From: Burkholderiales bacterium
Lineage (GTDB): Bacteria; Pseudomonadota; Gammaproteobacteria; Burkholderiales; SG8-39
Length of the DNA: 64,000 nucleotides
Direction: 5' to 3'
Assembly (NCBI GenBank): GCA_035273665.1
Contig: DATEOW010000128.1
Span: forward strand, 4,609 to 68,608
The position numbers and the translations under genes are program-made. The notes under the pieces are model-generated. The model was not told where the DNA came from. It did not search any database and was given only the letters and a program-made list of their open reading frames with translations. Below are positions 28,314-36,381 of this stretch, piece by piece; the stretch's first letter is position 1, and each line of letters starts with the position of its first letter.

Positions 28314-31300
28314 CGCAGGGTAAATTCGACGCGCGTCGGCGCGCCGTCCTTCAGCTCGGATGTGTCGAGACTCGACGCGACGAGATAAATCCTATCGCCG
28401 GGAGCGTCGCGCGAGACGAGCCATTCACGTGCCGCGTGCGCGCGGGCGTTGGCCAAGCTGCGCAATTGTTCTTCGTCAACCTTGATTGCGGCGAGCAGCA
28501 ACTTTTCCATCTCGGCAGGCGGGATATCCTTGGGAATCCCAATGAAGTTGCGTGGCTTGGCGACGTCGCTCGCCTTGTAGGCGAGCGCCAGATATTTGTC
28601 GCGTTCGTGGGCTGCGATTTCAACTTCGTCCAAGTTCCGAGCGCCGGTCTCGGTCGCTTTCTGTGCTTTCATGAGTTGCAACAATCCAAGGCGTTGCAAG
28701 CCTTCGCGGTCACGCGAGGGATCGGCGTAGCCGGCGATGTCCAGGCGTAGCGCGGGGCGCTCGCGCAGCGCCGCGGCGAGCTTGTCGAGTTTTTCCTTGT
28801 CACCGTCGTCTAGTCTGCTTTCGCCGGCTTCGAATTCAACGTAGGAAAGTTCGCCGCTTTCGCCACCGCCGAACATCGAGCCGATCAGCGCGAAGGGCGA
28901 GGTGACGACCTTGAGCACTAGATTGACGAACATGCGGCCGATGAGCCCGCCGAGACTGAACTGCGGGTCGTCAAGCGAACCACTGATCGGCAAATTGAGA
29001 TTGATCACGCCATTGCGATCCTTGAGTAGCGCGACAGCGAGGTGTACGGGTAAGTTAGGTCCCTGTTCACCCGCGCGTTCGCCGAAAACCAATTGATCCA
29101 GCGTTAACTGGTTTTCTGCGCTGAGCTGGCGGTTCTCCAACACGTAATGCACCCGAAAAGACAGTTTGCCCCGCTCGATGCCATAGCCGGCGTATTTGAT
29201 GGTGTAGGGCGATAAGGTTGGCAGATCGACGCCGCGCGCAGAGGCATGCAAGTCCAGAAAAAGCTCTTTGGAAAGCGGATTGATCAAGCCCTCGATGTTG
29301 ACCGGCGCGCTGTTATTCAAGGCGGCTCTGATGTCGACCTGCCCCGGCTTGCCGGGGCTGATTTCGGATACGGTGCCTGCCACCTTGTTCAGTTCCGCGG
29401 AGTAGTTCGGCTTGACGAAAAAATCGGCGAAGCTCACGCGTCCCTCGCGCAATTCGATGCCACCGATCTGAACGACTCGTTTAGGCGCTTCGGGGACCGG
29501 CGCGGAGGGTGTTGCATCCGCTTCTGTGGGGCTCGAGGGCACGCGCAGGCTTTGTACATTGAGTTTCCCGTCGGCCTGCAAAACCAATCTTGAATAAAAA
29601 TCGCTTAGCGTAATGCGCTCGATGGCCGCCTTGAAAGGTGCGGACTGAAAGTTGACATTGCGCAAAAACAAGGAGCGCCAGCGCAGCAGATCACCGTCCG
29701 AAGCGCGGTCCGCCGCGTGAACATTAGCAAGCCGCACATTCCCTTTGAACGCAATGGCGGATTCACCTTGGCCGGGATTGAAATTGAATTGACCCCGGGT
29801 GCCTATTACGCCGCGCTTGAGGTCGAAGTTGACCCGATCACGCCAGTAAGGCTCGAACTGAACGAGGTCGATGCCGCGCGCTTCCGCATCGAGCGTTCCG
29901 CGTAGCGGATTGATCCCGAGAGGGCCGCTTAGCGAGAGGGTTCCTGTCTTGTTGATCATCGCCTTGAGGGAAACCGGGGCAGTCCCTTCCGATCCGAATT
30001 TTTCGGCGGTGAAATCGATTGCCGTCGCGCTCACTTTCACTGGTTGAACGGAGGCCCGATCCTCGTAATCCAGTGCGAAGCCCTGGATCGCCAGCCGCCC
30101 GATGGTTGTGTGCCACGGTTTGGTTGGATCTTGAGGCGCGGCCTTTGTTTGCGATGGTGAGGCCAGTTGCAATCCGCCTTCCTTGAGCCGAACAATGCGG
30201 CCCTTCCCTTTGAGTGCACGCAATTCGCCCATTTCCAAGCGGCGTTCGCCGAAATCGACAGTAGCATCGCGCACATCCAATTGAGGAAACAGAAAGAGCG
30301 CATCGCGCTCACCCGTCATACCCAATTGACCGTTACGCAGCGCGGCTTGCAGGGCAGTGAAGCGAAACTTGCCCCGATCGCCACCCGTATATTCAAAATG
30401 GGTTTGTCCGTCGAGCAGCCCGTCGCGAATTTCAAGTCGGGTTTTATCGGCGTAGAGCGGTAGGAAGCGCTTGATTTGCACCGCGCGCAATTTGAGATCG
30501 CCTTCCGCTTGCAATGGCGCGAGCGCGATTTTTCCTTCGCCCGCCGCCGCTTCGCCCGCATCGGAATCGAAAGCTGCTTGCCAAGTACCGGATTGGCCCG
30601 TGCCGATGTTCGCCAGTTTGATACCGACGTTCTTGAGTGCAGCTTGGTAAATCTTTGCGTTATACAGATCGCGATACTGCAAACTGCCCTGGCGCACTTC
30701 GCTCTGCCGCAAATGAAATCGGAAGGGCGGCCTCGGCGGTGCCGCGGTCGAAGGGGCGGAGCGAGCAGGAGATTCGACTCGAGCCGATGGTGTTTGGACG
30801 GGCGCGGCCGAGAGCGCGACGAAATTGAAGCGGCCGTCCTTGTAGCGCGTCAGCTGCATCGACGGTTGGTCCATTGTCAAATGGCTTATCAGCAGCTCAT
30901 TACGCATCAGGTCATAAGCTTCCAAGGCGAGTTGCATGGAAGGGACAGCGAGAATGCGGTCGCCGCTTAGCTGCTGCAATTCCAATCCCTGCATCGACGC
31001 CGTGCCCGAAAGCTTGAGCGCTTTTAATTGGCCCTGCGCCGTACTCAGCTTCAGTTGTAATTCGCCGTCAATAGCGCCGGCAGCGACATGAAAGTGCAAA
31101 CGCAGAGGCAAGTAGTCGACGTATTTGGCCAGCTGCAGCTTGTCTAGGCGCATTCGGAGCGTGGTCTCCTGCGTGTCATTGAAAGGCTGCGTCTCGCCTT
31201 GGATAAGCAAGGGGGCGCCGTTGATCAGCGCCGATAAAGAGGGCTGGACCTTGACCTCGGCTTCTTGAGGCAAGTTCGACAAGAATGGAATGCCAATATT

Positions 31301-31876
31301 GAGCGCAGTAATCCGGTGCTGCTCCTTGGTGTAGTCGTCATCGAAGTCGATGGCACCGTCTTTCACTTCGAGATCGTTCAATGTGAACAGCGCCGGATCG
31401 CTTTCCGGTCTGTTGCGCCACTCGTCAATGAGATCTTGAATGTTATAGCGCCGATCTTCGTTACGGCGCAGACGGAGATGAGGCCGGACGATGCGCACGC
31501 TCTCCAGGACAGGTACGCCCCGCAGGAGGGGGCCAAAAGAAACATTGGCGTAGATCTCTTCGGCGGTGAAAAGCGGGTCGCCCGCTTTCCCGGGCCCCTG
31601 AACGATACGCACGTTCCTGAGCGCGGTCGAAAACGCAAAGGGATTGAAATAAAGTTTCTCGACGGTTGCCTCGCGTCGCAGCGCGGCGCTGAAAGCTTGC
31701 TCCAGCTGAGGATGTAGATACCGTGGTAGGACGACGAAGCCGAGCAGCGCATAAAGACCCACAAGTATCGCGGTGGCGATCAGCAGATATTTCCCCGTCC
31801 GGCGCCTGAAAAAAGCGGCAATCCGCATTGTTGCGGTTCGCGCGCGATGGAGAGCCGACCGGAGGCTGGGGTGCAT
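28310..31876 (-). CDS. DUF748/AsmA-like giant envelope protein (1188 aa)
   Basis: N-terminal TM anchor, a long repetitive beta-rich body typical of DUF748/AsmA-like proteins, and a C-terminal OmpA-like segment (LRLDIAGYADPS). Confidence 0.6.
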   Translation of the reverse strand: MHPSLRSALHRARTATMRIAAFFRRRTGKYLLIATAILVGLYALLGFVVLPRYLHPQLEQAFSAALRREATVEKLYFNPFAFSTALRNVRIVQGPGKAGDPLFTAEEIYANVSFGPLLRGVPVLESVRIVRPHLRLRRNEDRRYNIQDLIDEWRNRPESDPALFTLNDLEVKDGAIDFDDDYTKEQHRITALNIGIPFLSNLPQEAEVKVQPSLSALINGAPLLIQGETQPFNDTQETTLRMRLDKLQLAKYVDYLPLRLHFHVAAGAIDGELQLKLSTAQGQLKALKLSGTASMQGLELQQLSGDRILAVPSMQLALEAYDLMRNELLISHLTMDQPSMQLTRYKDGRFNFVALSAAPVQTPSARVESPARSAPSTAAPPRPPFRFHLRQSEVRQGSLQYRDLYNAKIYQAALKNVGIKLANIGTGQSGTWQAAFDSDAGEAAAGEGKIALAPLQAEGDLKLRAVQIKRFLPLYADKTRLEIRDGLLDGQTHFEYTGGDRGKFRFTALQAALRNGQLGMTGERDALFLFPQLDVRDATVDFGERRLEMGELRALKGKGRIVRLKEGGLQLASPSQTKAAPQDPTKPWHTTIGRLAIQGFALDYEDRASVQPVKVSATAIDFTAEKFGSEGTAPVSLKAMINKTGTLSLSGPLGINPLRGTLDAEARGIDLVQFEPYWRDRVNFDLKRGVIGTRGQFNFNPGQGESAIAFKGNVRLANVHAADRASDGDLLRWRSLFLRNVNFQSAPFKAAIERITLSDFYSRLVLQADGKLNVQSLRVPSSPTEADATPSAPVPEAPKRVVQIGGIELREGRVSFADFFVKPNYSAELNKVAGTVSEISPGKPGQVDIRAALNNSAPVNIEGLINPLSKELFLDLHASARGVDLPTLSPYTIKYAGYGIERGKLSFRVHYVLENRQLSAENQLTLDQLVFGERAGEQGPNLPVHLAVALLKDRNGVINLNLPISGSLDDPQFSLGGLIGRMFVNLVLKVVTSPFALIGSMFGGGESGELSYVEFEAGESRLDDGDKEKLDKLAAALRERPALRLDIAGYADPSRDREGLQRLGLLQLMKAQKATETGARNLDEVEIAAHERDKYLALAYKASDVAKPRNFIGIPKDIPPAEMEKLLLAAIKVDEEQLRSLANARAHAAREWLVSRDAPGDRIYLVASSLDTSELKDGAPTRVEFTLR

Positions 31877-31908
31877 TGTTATAGGAATTGCGAGGAAGGG
31901 GCCGCCGA

Positions 31909-31924
31909 AGCATAACGGTGCCCA
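31909..31924 (-). promoter_or_regulatory. Weak sigma54-like motif upstream of the DUF748 gene
   Basis: Minus strand TGGGCACCGTTATGCT. GG-N10-GC spacing is correct but the -24 box is shifted. -12 is about 34 nt from the ATG at 31876. Confidence 0.3.
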
Positions 31925-31961
31925 TGATCCATTTCAATGCTCACGCTTCAACCCTATTCGG

Positions 31962-32222
31962 TCATTGGGCGCGGCGTTTATTTCGGAGGAACAGCCCTTG
32001 GCCAATCAGCGCGCTGATGAAAATGAACGCATTCGTGGCAACAAACACCCAGTTCTCCACGAGATAGCTGTACACCGTGAACCCGGCCGCCGCAATGGTC
32101 TGGCCGATGAATAGCGATGCGGACACGCCTTCAACATGTGTATCCGTCCATTGTTTCTGCACCTGCCGGACGATGGTATAGAGCAGAATCGCCGCGCTCC
32201 CCCAGCCGATCGCTTCAGTCAT
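31962..32222 (-). CDS. Small 3-TM membrane protein, PQ-loop/SemiSWEET-like
   Basis: 86 aa from MTEAIGW (AAAGGTGA RBS). Three TM helices. The ORF-track start at 32501 is an artefactual extension across the promoter region. Confidence 0.4.
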   Translation of the reverse strand: MTEAIGWGSAAILLYTIVRQVQKQWTDTHVEGVSASLFIGQTIAAAGFTVYSYLVENWVFVATNAFIFISALIGQGLFLRNKRRAQ

Positions 32223-32252
32223 CGTTTCACCTTTTGTTCGCGAGTCCAGGGC

Positions 32253-32268
32253 GGCAAGCCCTGTGCCC
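32253..32268 (-). promoter_or_regulatory. sigma54 -24/-12 promoter (SemiSWEET-like gene)
   Basis: Minus strand gGGCACagggcTTGCc. -12 is about 32 nt upstream of the ATG at 32222. Nearly identical to the PRC-barrel promoter at 41851-66. Confidence 0.7.
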
Positions 32269-32286
32269 GCGACCTGTGGACGCGGT

Positions 32287-32302
32287 GGGCATGGGTGCTG
32301 CA
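32287..32302 (+). promoter_or_regulatory. sigma54 -24/-12 promoter (isochorismatase-family gene)
   Basis: gGGCATgggtgCTGCA, back-to-back with the promoter at 32253-68. The predicted TSS at about 32312 favours ATG 32323, which is preceded by GGAG. Confidence 0.55.
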
Positions 32303-32322
32303 GCAAGCGCGCCATGGAGAAA

Positions 32323-32898
32323 ATGGCAAAACGGCTGCACGGCGCGAAACCGACGAAACATCGATATGCGTTGCTGCTCATCGATTTCATCAATGATCTC
32401 GACTTTCCGAGCAGTGCACGATTGCTGCCGCAAGCGATTGCGGCCGCCAGGGAGACGGCCGCGCTGAAAGCCCGCGCTAGCCGAGCGGGGGTCCCGGTCA
32501 TTTACGTCAATGACAATTTCGGCCGTTGGCAATCGCATTTCGAACAGGTCGTCGCGCATTGCCTTCGTAAAGGGACTAAGGGCCGTGAAGTGACTGCTCT
32601 GGTAAAACCGCGCAAGGATGACTACTTCATTCTCAAACCGCGGCATTCCGCGTTCTATCAGACGCCATTACCCTTGCTGCTTGAGGATTTGGGGGCAAAG
32701 AATCTGATTCTCACCGGCGTATTGACCGATTCCTGCGTTCTGTTCAGTGCCAACGATGCTTATCTGCGCGGCTACAAGATTTTCGTTCCGGAGGATTGCG
32801 TGGCTTCTCTTGAAGCGCAGCATACGGAAGAGGCGCTCGACTATATGCGCCGTTCGCTGAAAGCCGATACGAGAGCTGCGGCGAACATCGCCCTTTAA
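32323..32898 (+). CDS. Isochorismatase-family cysteine hydrolase
   Basis: ALLLIDFINDLDF (catalytic Asp region), K in FILKPRHSAF, nucleophile Cys in GVLTDSCVLFSA. Start chosen from promoter geometry (alternatives 32314 and 32263). Confidence 0.75.
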   Translation: MAKRLHGAKPTKHRYALLLIDFINDLDFPSSARLLPQAIAAARETAALKARASRAGVPVIYVNDNFGRWQSHFEQVVAHCLRKGTKGREVTALVKPRKDDYFILKPRHSAFYQTPLPLLLEDLGAKNLILTGVLTDSCVLFSANDAYLRGYKIFVPEDCVASLEAQHTEEALDYMRRSLKADTRAAANIAL

Positions 32899-32908
32899 GC
32901 CAGTCTCG

Positions 32909-32924
32909 GGGCATGGGTATTGCA
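32909..32924 (+). promoter_or_regulatory. sigma54 -24/-12 promoter (Pro-rich protein gene)
   Basis: gGGCATgggtaTTGCA, 11 nt after the isochorismatase stop. -12 is about 70 nt upstream of the ATG at 32993. Confidence 0.7.
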
Positions 32925-32992
32925 CATTGGAGATCAATGCGGCTCAGTGAACATGTGCGCGCCAGTTCCGCATTGCCGACGCGAGAGGAAGA

Positions 32993-33358
32993 ATGATGAC
33001 CACGACACATCCTGACGATCCGGTCGAAATCAAAGATCCGCCGACTAATCCGCAAATCCCGATGAGCGCACCAGTGGATAGCCAGCCGGGCGCGCAAGGC
33101 GATACTGAATGGCAGCGCCCTTATCAAGACAGCCCTGGGCCCGATACGCTTGCGCAGACTCCCGGACCCTTCGAGCCCGAGCGGAAGCATGATTCGCCCG
33201 GGAAGATTCCCATGCAGCCGCCGGCGGAGCCGCCGAATCCCAACCCCGTGCACGTGCCAAGCACGCCGCCGACTCCTGGCGATCTTCCTTCGAGTAATCC
33301 GGATGTGGTCGGCGAGCGGGCGCTTAACGACAGCCGACCGAAAGAAACGACGGAATAA
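32993..33358 (+). CDS. Proline-rich low-complexity hydrophilic protein (hypothetical)
   Basis: 121 aa, about 25% Pro, no TM or signal peptide. GAGAGGAAGA RBS and its own sigma54 motif. Confidence 0.5.
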   Translation: MMTTTHPDDPVEIKDPPTNPQIPMSAPVDSQPGAQGDTEWQRPYQDSPGPDTLAQTPGPFEPERKHDSPGKIPMQPPAEPPNPNPVHVPSTPPTPGDLPSSNPDVVGERALNDSRPKETTE

Positions 33359-33369
33359 ATCGATGCTGC

Positions 33370-34104
33370 TTAGCCCATCGCTGGAATTGCTTCGCGCGCG
33401 CGCTTAGCGGCGGCTGCGACATCTTCAACTAGCATTTTGTAGGCAACTTCCGATTCGCCGCCCCGTAGACGCAGCACGTACGCCGGATGAATGGTCACCA
33501 TGGTAGGAATTCCTGTTGCCGTTTTAAGCGTATGACCGCGATGTTCGCCGACGCGAACCGTGGCGCCGATAACCGCTTTAGCCGCGGTTGCTCCCAGACA
33601 GAGGATGACATGCGGTGCGACCAACTCGAGCTCTGCATCGAGCCAGGGTAAGCAAGCGGAGATTTCGCGCTGCACCGGTGTTTTATGCATGCGGCGTTTT
33701 CCGCGCAATTCCCACTTGAAGTGCTTCACCGCGTTGGTCAGATAAATCATGTCGCGAGAAACGCCTGCCATGGCTAAGGCTTTTTCGAGCAGTTGGCCCG
33801 CGGGACCAACGAAGGGATGGCCTTCCAAGTCCTCGTTGTGACCAGGCTGTTCACCGACGACGAATAGAGGCGCGTGTTTGCCGCCTTCGCCGAAAACGGT
33901 CTGCGTCGCCCCGCGCCAGAGCGGACACGCGCGACAACCCATCGCAGTGTCGCGCAGAACCTCGAGGGACACTCGCGAATGCGGTGGCGCCGCTTCTCGC
34001 ACTTCAGGGCCTGGCGCGCGTTGGGGCGGCGCATCAAAGCGGAAATGCTTGAGCGGGTTCTCGCTAACGCTACCGGGGGTCGCGCCGCGGCGGGATGGGG
34101 GCAT
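33370..34104 (-). CDS. Family-4-type uracil-DNA glycosylase of the UdgX subclass
   Basis: Motif A GEQPGHNED (UdgX-type GEQPG, not GEAPG), PFVGPAG, loop insertion GKRRMH (compare the KRRIH loop of UdgX), motif B HPAYVLR, Fe-S Cys ligands (GCRACPLW, SACLPW). ATG at 34104 preferred over the track's TTG at 34116. Confidence 0.65.
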   Translation of the reverse strand: MPPSRRGATPGSVSENPLKHFRFDAPPQRAPGPEVREAAPPHSRVSLEVLRDTAMGCRACPLWRGATQTVFGEGGKHAPLFVVGEQPGHNEDLEGHPFVGPAGQLLEKALAMAGVSRDMIYLTNAVKHFKWELRGKRRMHKTPVQREISACLPWLDAELELVAPHVILCLGATAAKAVIGATVRVGEHRGHTLKTATGIPTMVTIHPAYVLRLRGGESEVAYKMLVEDVAAAAKRAREAIPAMG

Positions 34105-34138
34105 GATGTGAGCCAAGCAAAAAAATTGCTAAGGCGGC

Positions 34139-34154
34139 TGCAAGCGCTAGGCCT
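34139..34154 (-). promoter_or_regulatory. sigma54 -24/-12 promoter (UdgX-like gene)
   Basis: Minus strand aGGCCTagcgcTTGCA. It lies 16 nt downstream of the AI-2E gene stop codon. -12 is about 36 nt from the ATG at 34104. Confidence 0.55.
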
Positions 34155-34169
34155 GAGTAGGACAAAGAG

Positions 34170-35315
34170 TCAGGCCTTGCCGATTATTTCCGCAAGCGGA
34201 CGCATGTTCTCGATTTGGCTGGCGCAGATACGTAAAGCCACAAGTAGCGGTACGGCGATGAGTACACCGATGGCGCCGCCAAGCCAACCCCATATCAATA
34301 CCCAGACAAAGATGACGACCGGATTAATCGAGAATCGGTCGCCCATGATCAGCGGCTCGGCGACTTGCCCCTCGAGAAAATGCAAGACGAGGAAAACGGC
34401 GGGCGGTGCCATGATGGCGCCGGGCTGATCGAAAGTGAATAAAGCGACGAGAGTGATCACCGCTAGCGCGATGATCGGACCTAAGTAAGGAACGAAGTTC
34501 AGCAAAGCCGCCATGACGCCCCAAAGTAAAGGCGTGGGCATTCCCAGGGCCCACATCGCGAGGCTAGTCGCAATGCCGAGGCCGATGCTCAAAAAAGTGA
34601 TTGTCAAAAAGTAACGGCCGATTTCAGTTTGTATTTCGCGCGCGATCTCGACGACCCGGATCTTGTCGCGCAATCTCGGCATGATGCGAACGGTCTTGCG
34701 CAAAAACGTATCACCCGAGGCGAGCAGGAAGTACGCAAGCATCAATGTGGTCAAGAGGGTGAAGATACTTTCTTGTGCGCTCAGAACCATGTCAAACGAG
34801 CCGCCGCGTTCCACCACAACTTCACGCTTTTTACTCATATCCGTCGGCGAAGCGATTTGAGCGACCTTGTCCGCGACTTCTTGCATCGACTGCATCGGTT
34901 TCACGAAGGCGCGCAGCTTTCGTTCGATCATGCGCAAGTCGGAAGGTCCGAAGCTCGCCCATTTTTGCACCGGTTCATACAAGTTTGCAGCCAACCCTCC
35001 AACCAGCCCGATGACGCTCAGCATGACAATCGCGGCCGCGAGCACTTGGGGGATGCGCACTCGCACCAATGCTTTCACTGCCGGGGCCAGCAATAGCGCG
35101 AGCAAAGCGGCGACGACTATGGAAAGGATCAATCCTGTCGCTGCGTGCACGGCATACGCAACGCCCACAATCAGTGCGGCCCAACCGATGCGGCTCACTG
35201 CAACGTTCGTCGTCACAAGAGGCGGTTGGGTCGGTACGTCGACGGCGCGTACTTCGTCCTCGTCGATAGGGTCGGCGGCGGAAAGGCCGCCGCTATAAGG
35301 CGGTTGAGCGGCCAT
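34170..35315 (-). CDS. AI-2E family transporter (PerM/UPF0118)
   Basis: Eight-TM protein with a C-terminal AI-2E-like region (NFVPYLGP). ATG 35315 chosen because GTG 35345 lies upstream of the TSS predicted from the motif at 35349-64. Confidence 0.75.
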   Translation of the reverse strand: MAAQPPYSGGLSAADPIDEDEVRAVDVPTQPPLVTTNVAVSRIGWAALIVGVAYAVHAATGLILSIVVAALLALLLAPAVKALVRVRIPQVLAAAIVMLSVIGLVGGLAANLYEPVQKWASFGPSDLRMIERKLRAFVKPMQSMQEVADKVAQIASPTDMSKKREVVVERGGSFDMVLSAQESIFTLLTTLMLAYFLLASGDTFLRKTVRIMPRLRDKIRVVEIAREIQTEIGRYFLTITFLSIGLGIATSLAMWALGMPTPLLWGVMAALLNFVPYLGPIIALAVITLVALFTFDQPGAIMAPPAVFLVLHFLEGQVAEPLIMGDRFSINPVVIFVWVLIWGWLGGAIGVLIAVPLLVALRICASQIENMRPLAEIIGKA

Positions 35316-35348
35316 GAGCGGTGTGCGAAATCGAGATGAGTCCACCTA

Positions 35349-35364
35349 GGCAAGCGGAGTGCCG
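35349..35364 (-). promoter_or_regulatory. sigma54 -24/-12 promoter (AI-2E transporter gene)
   Basis: Minus strand cGGCACtccgcTTGCc. -12 is about 35 nt upstream of the ATG at 35315. Back-to-back with 35397-412. Confidence 0.65.
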
Positions 35365-35396
35365 GGGTGCATTGCAATGTCGGCAAGTCCCGACGT

Positions 35397-35412
35397 CGGC
35401 ATGTGTCTTGCA
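35397..35412 (+). promoter_or_regulatory. sigma54 -24/-12 promoter (DUF1328 small-protein gene)
   Basis: cGGCATgtgtcTTGCA. -12 is about 65 nt upstream of the ATG at 35476. Confidence 0.7.
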
Positions 35413-35443
35413 CCGCACGGGCGCGGTACCGCACGGGCGCGGT
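35412..35443 (+). repeat. Tandem 2 x 16-bp unit, each internally palindromic, in the DUF1328 5' UTR
   Basis: ACCGCACGGGCGCGGT twice in tandem (ACCGC/GCGGT arms), starting at the -12 element. It is followed by GCGGTAGCTCG, which recurs at 35701-11 upstream of the next gene. Confidence 0.8.
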
Positions 35444-35475
35444 AGCTCGACCTTTTCCCAGTCGACGAGGGCAGC

Positions 35476-35637
35476 ATGTTTTTTTATGCGTTGTTGTTTT
35501 TCATCATCGCTGGCGTTGCTGCACTCGTCGGCTTCAACGATGTCGCGCCGGACCTGCGCGTTGTGGGCAGACTGGTGTTCTATGGTTTTCTGATTGGCGG
35601 TTTCGCCTTTCTTCTGTTTGGCCTTTCCAAACGTTAA
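35476..35637 (+). CDS. DUF1328 (UPF0391) small membrane protein, 53 aa, absent from the ORF track
   Basis: My translation is MFFYALLFFIIAGVAALVGFNDVAPDLRVVGRLVFYGFLIGGFAFLLFGLSKR. It has two TM helices typical of DUF1328 and its own sigma54 motif. It falls below the 60-aa track cut-off. Confidence 0.65.
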   Translation: MFFYALLFFIIAGVAALVGFNDVAPDLRVVGRLVFYGFLIGGFAFLLFGLSKR

Positions 35638-35646
35638 GCCTCACCA

Positions 35647-35662
35647 AGGCACGGGGGTTGCT
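35647..35662 (+). promoter_or_regulatory. sigma54 -24/-12 promoter (Gln/Ser/Gly-rich protein gene)
   Basis: aGGCACgggggTTGCT. -12 is about 80 nt upstream of the ATG at 35741. The -12 box overlaps the small hairpin GTTGCT-cct-AGCAAC. Confidence 0.7.
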
Positions 35663-35740
35663 CCTAGCAACCCGGGCGCTTGTTTCGCGCGCGCATACGT
35701 GCGGTAGCTCGCGTGGGGGATAACTCGAAAGGAGTTTTCT

Positions 35741-36106
35741 ATGTCGAAGCAAGATCAAAACTTCAGCAAACAGCAAGGTCAACAAGGTCGATCGAGTCAA
35801 TCGAGTCAATCGGGTCAATCGAGTGGCCAACAATCGCAAGCAGGCGGTAGTGGTCAGCAGGGTTCCTCCAGCGGCCAACGTAACAGCCAGCAAGGACAAA
35901 GCGGTCTACCGCATCAGGGCCAGCAGGGCAGGTCCTCAAGCCAAGCCGGGATCGGTCAACAAAGTCAGGAAGGGCGCTCGGGACAAATGGGCGGCCAACC
36001 GAAACGTTCCAACCAACAACAAGAAGGCCGTTCGCGCGATTCGAGTTTGGATGATGAAGAGTCTTCCCTCGGTTCATCGTCGAAGGGTTCTTCGATCAAG
36101 GAGTGA
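35741..36106 (+). CDS. Gln/Ser/Gly-rich intrinsically disordered hydrophilin-like protein
   Basis: 121 aa, no hydrophobic core (SKQQGQQGRSSQSSQSGQSSGQQSQAGGSGQQG...). AAAGGAG RBS, followed by a strong terminator. Confidence 0.6.
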   Translation: MSKQDQNFSKQQGQQGRSSQSSQSGQSSGQQSQAGGSGQQGSSSGQRNSQQGQSGLPHQGQQGRSSSQAGIGQQSQEGRSGQMGGQPKRSNQQQEGRSRDSSLDDEESSLGSSSKGSSIKE

Positions 36107-36124
36107 CACGGCCACATGTCGTCG

Positions 36125-36153
36125 AAAAGCCCGGGCGTGCCCCGGGCTTTTTA
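36125..36153 (+). terminator. Intrinsic terminator
   Basis: AAAAGCCCGGG-cgtg-CCCGGGCTTTTT, 19 nt after the stop codon. Confidence 0.85.
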
Positions 36154-36381
36154 TGAGCTTTAAAAGCGTGCCGGAGCGCAAATGGAAAAACAACAGAAGC
36201 AACCGCCCGCCGAAAATAAGAACGGCGAACAAGGTGATCGAAATGGCGCACGACCGCCAGAAGCGGGACGTCGTCGTCGCGGGCCTTATGGACCGATACG
36301 CCCCAATCGAGGCAAGCGCGATCGCGGCAGTGGTGAGGCACCCTAATTATTAAAACGAGTAAAGAGAATAAGAGGATAAAA

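Noticed and set aside
36182-36346. Candidate 54-aa basic hydrophilic ORF (MEKQQKQPPAENKNGEQGDRNG...) between the terminator at 36125-53 and the cls-like gene
   Set aside because: It has a GGAG 7 nt upstream and would fit the hydrophilin theme. However, it is Arg/Gly/Pro-rich like a spurious GC-frame ORF, another frame (MAHDRQKRDVV...) is equally open, and I found no promoter motif. It is not called.
36330-36350. GGCACcctaaTTATT upstream of the cls-like gene as a sigma54 promoter
   Set aside because: The -12 element lacks the invariant GC (TTAT instead of TTGC). No acceptable motif was found for this gene.
35823-36353. 176-aa ORF overlapping the Gln/Ser/Gly-rich gene in another frame
   Set aside because: It reads through the strong terminator at 36125-53 and has no RBS. 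The frame at 35741 has an AAAGGAG RBS and ends just before the terminator.
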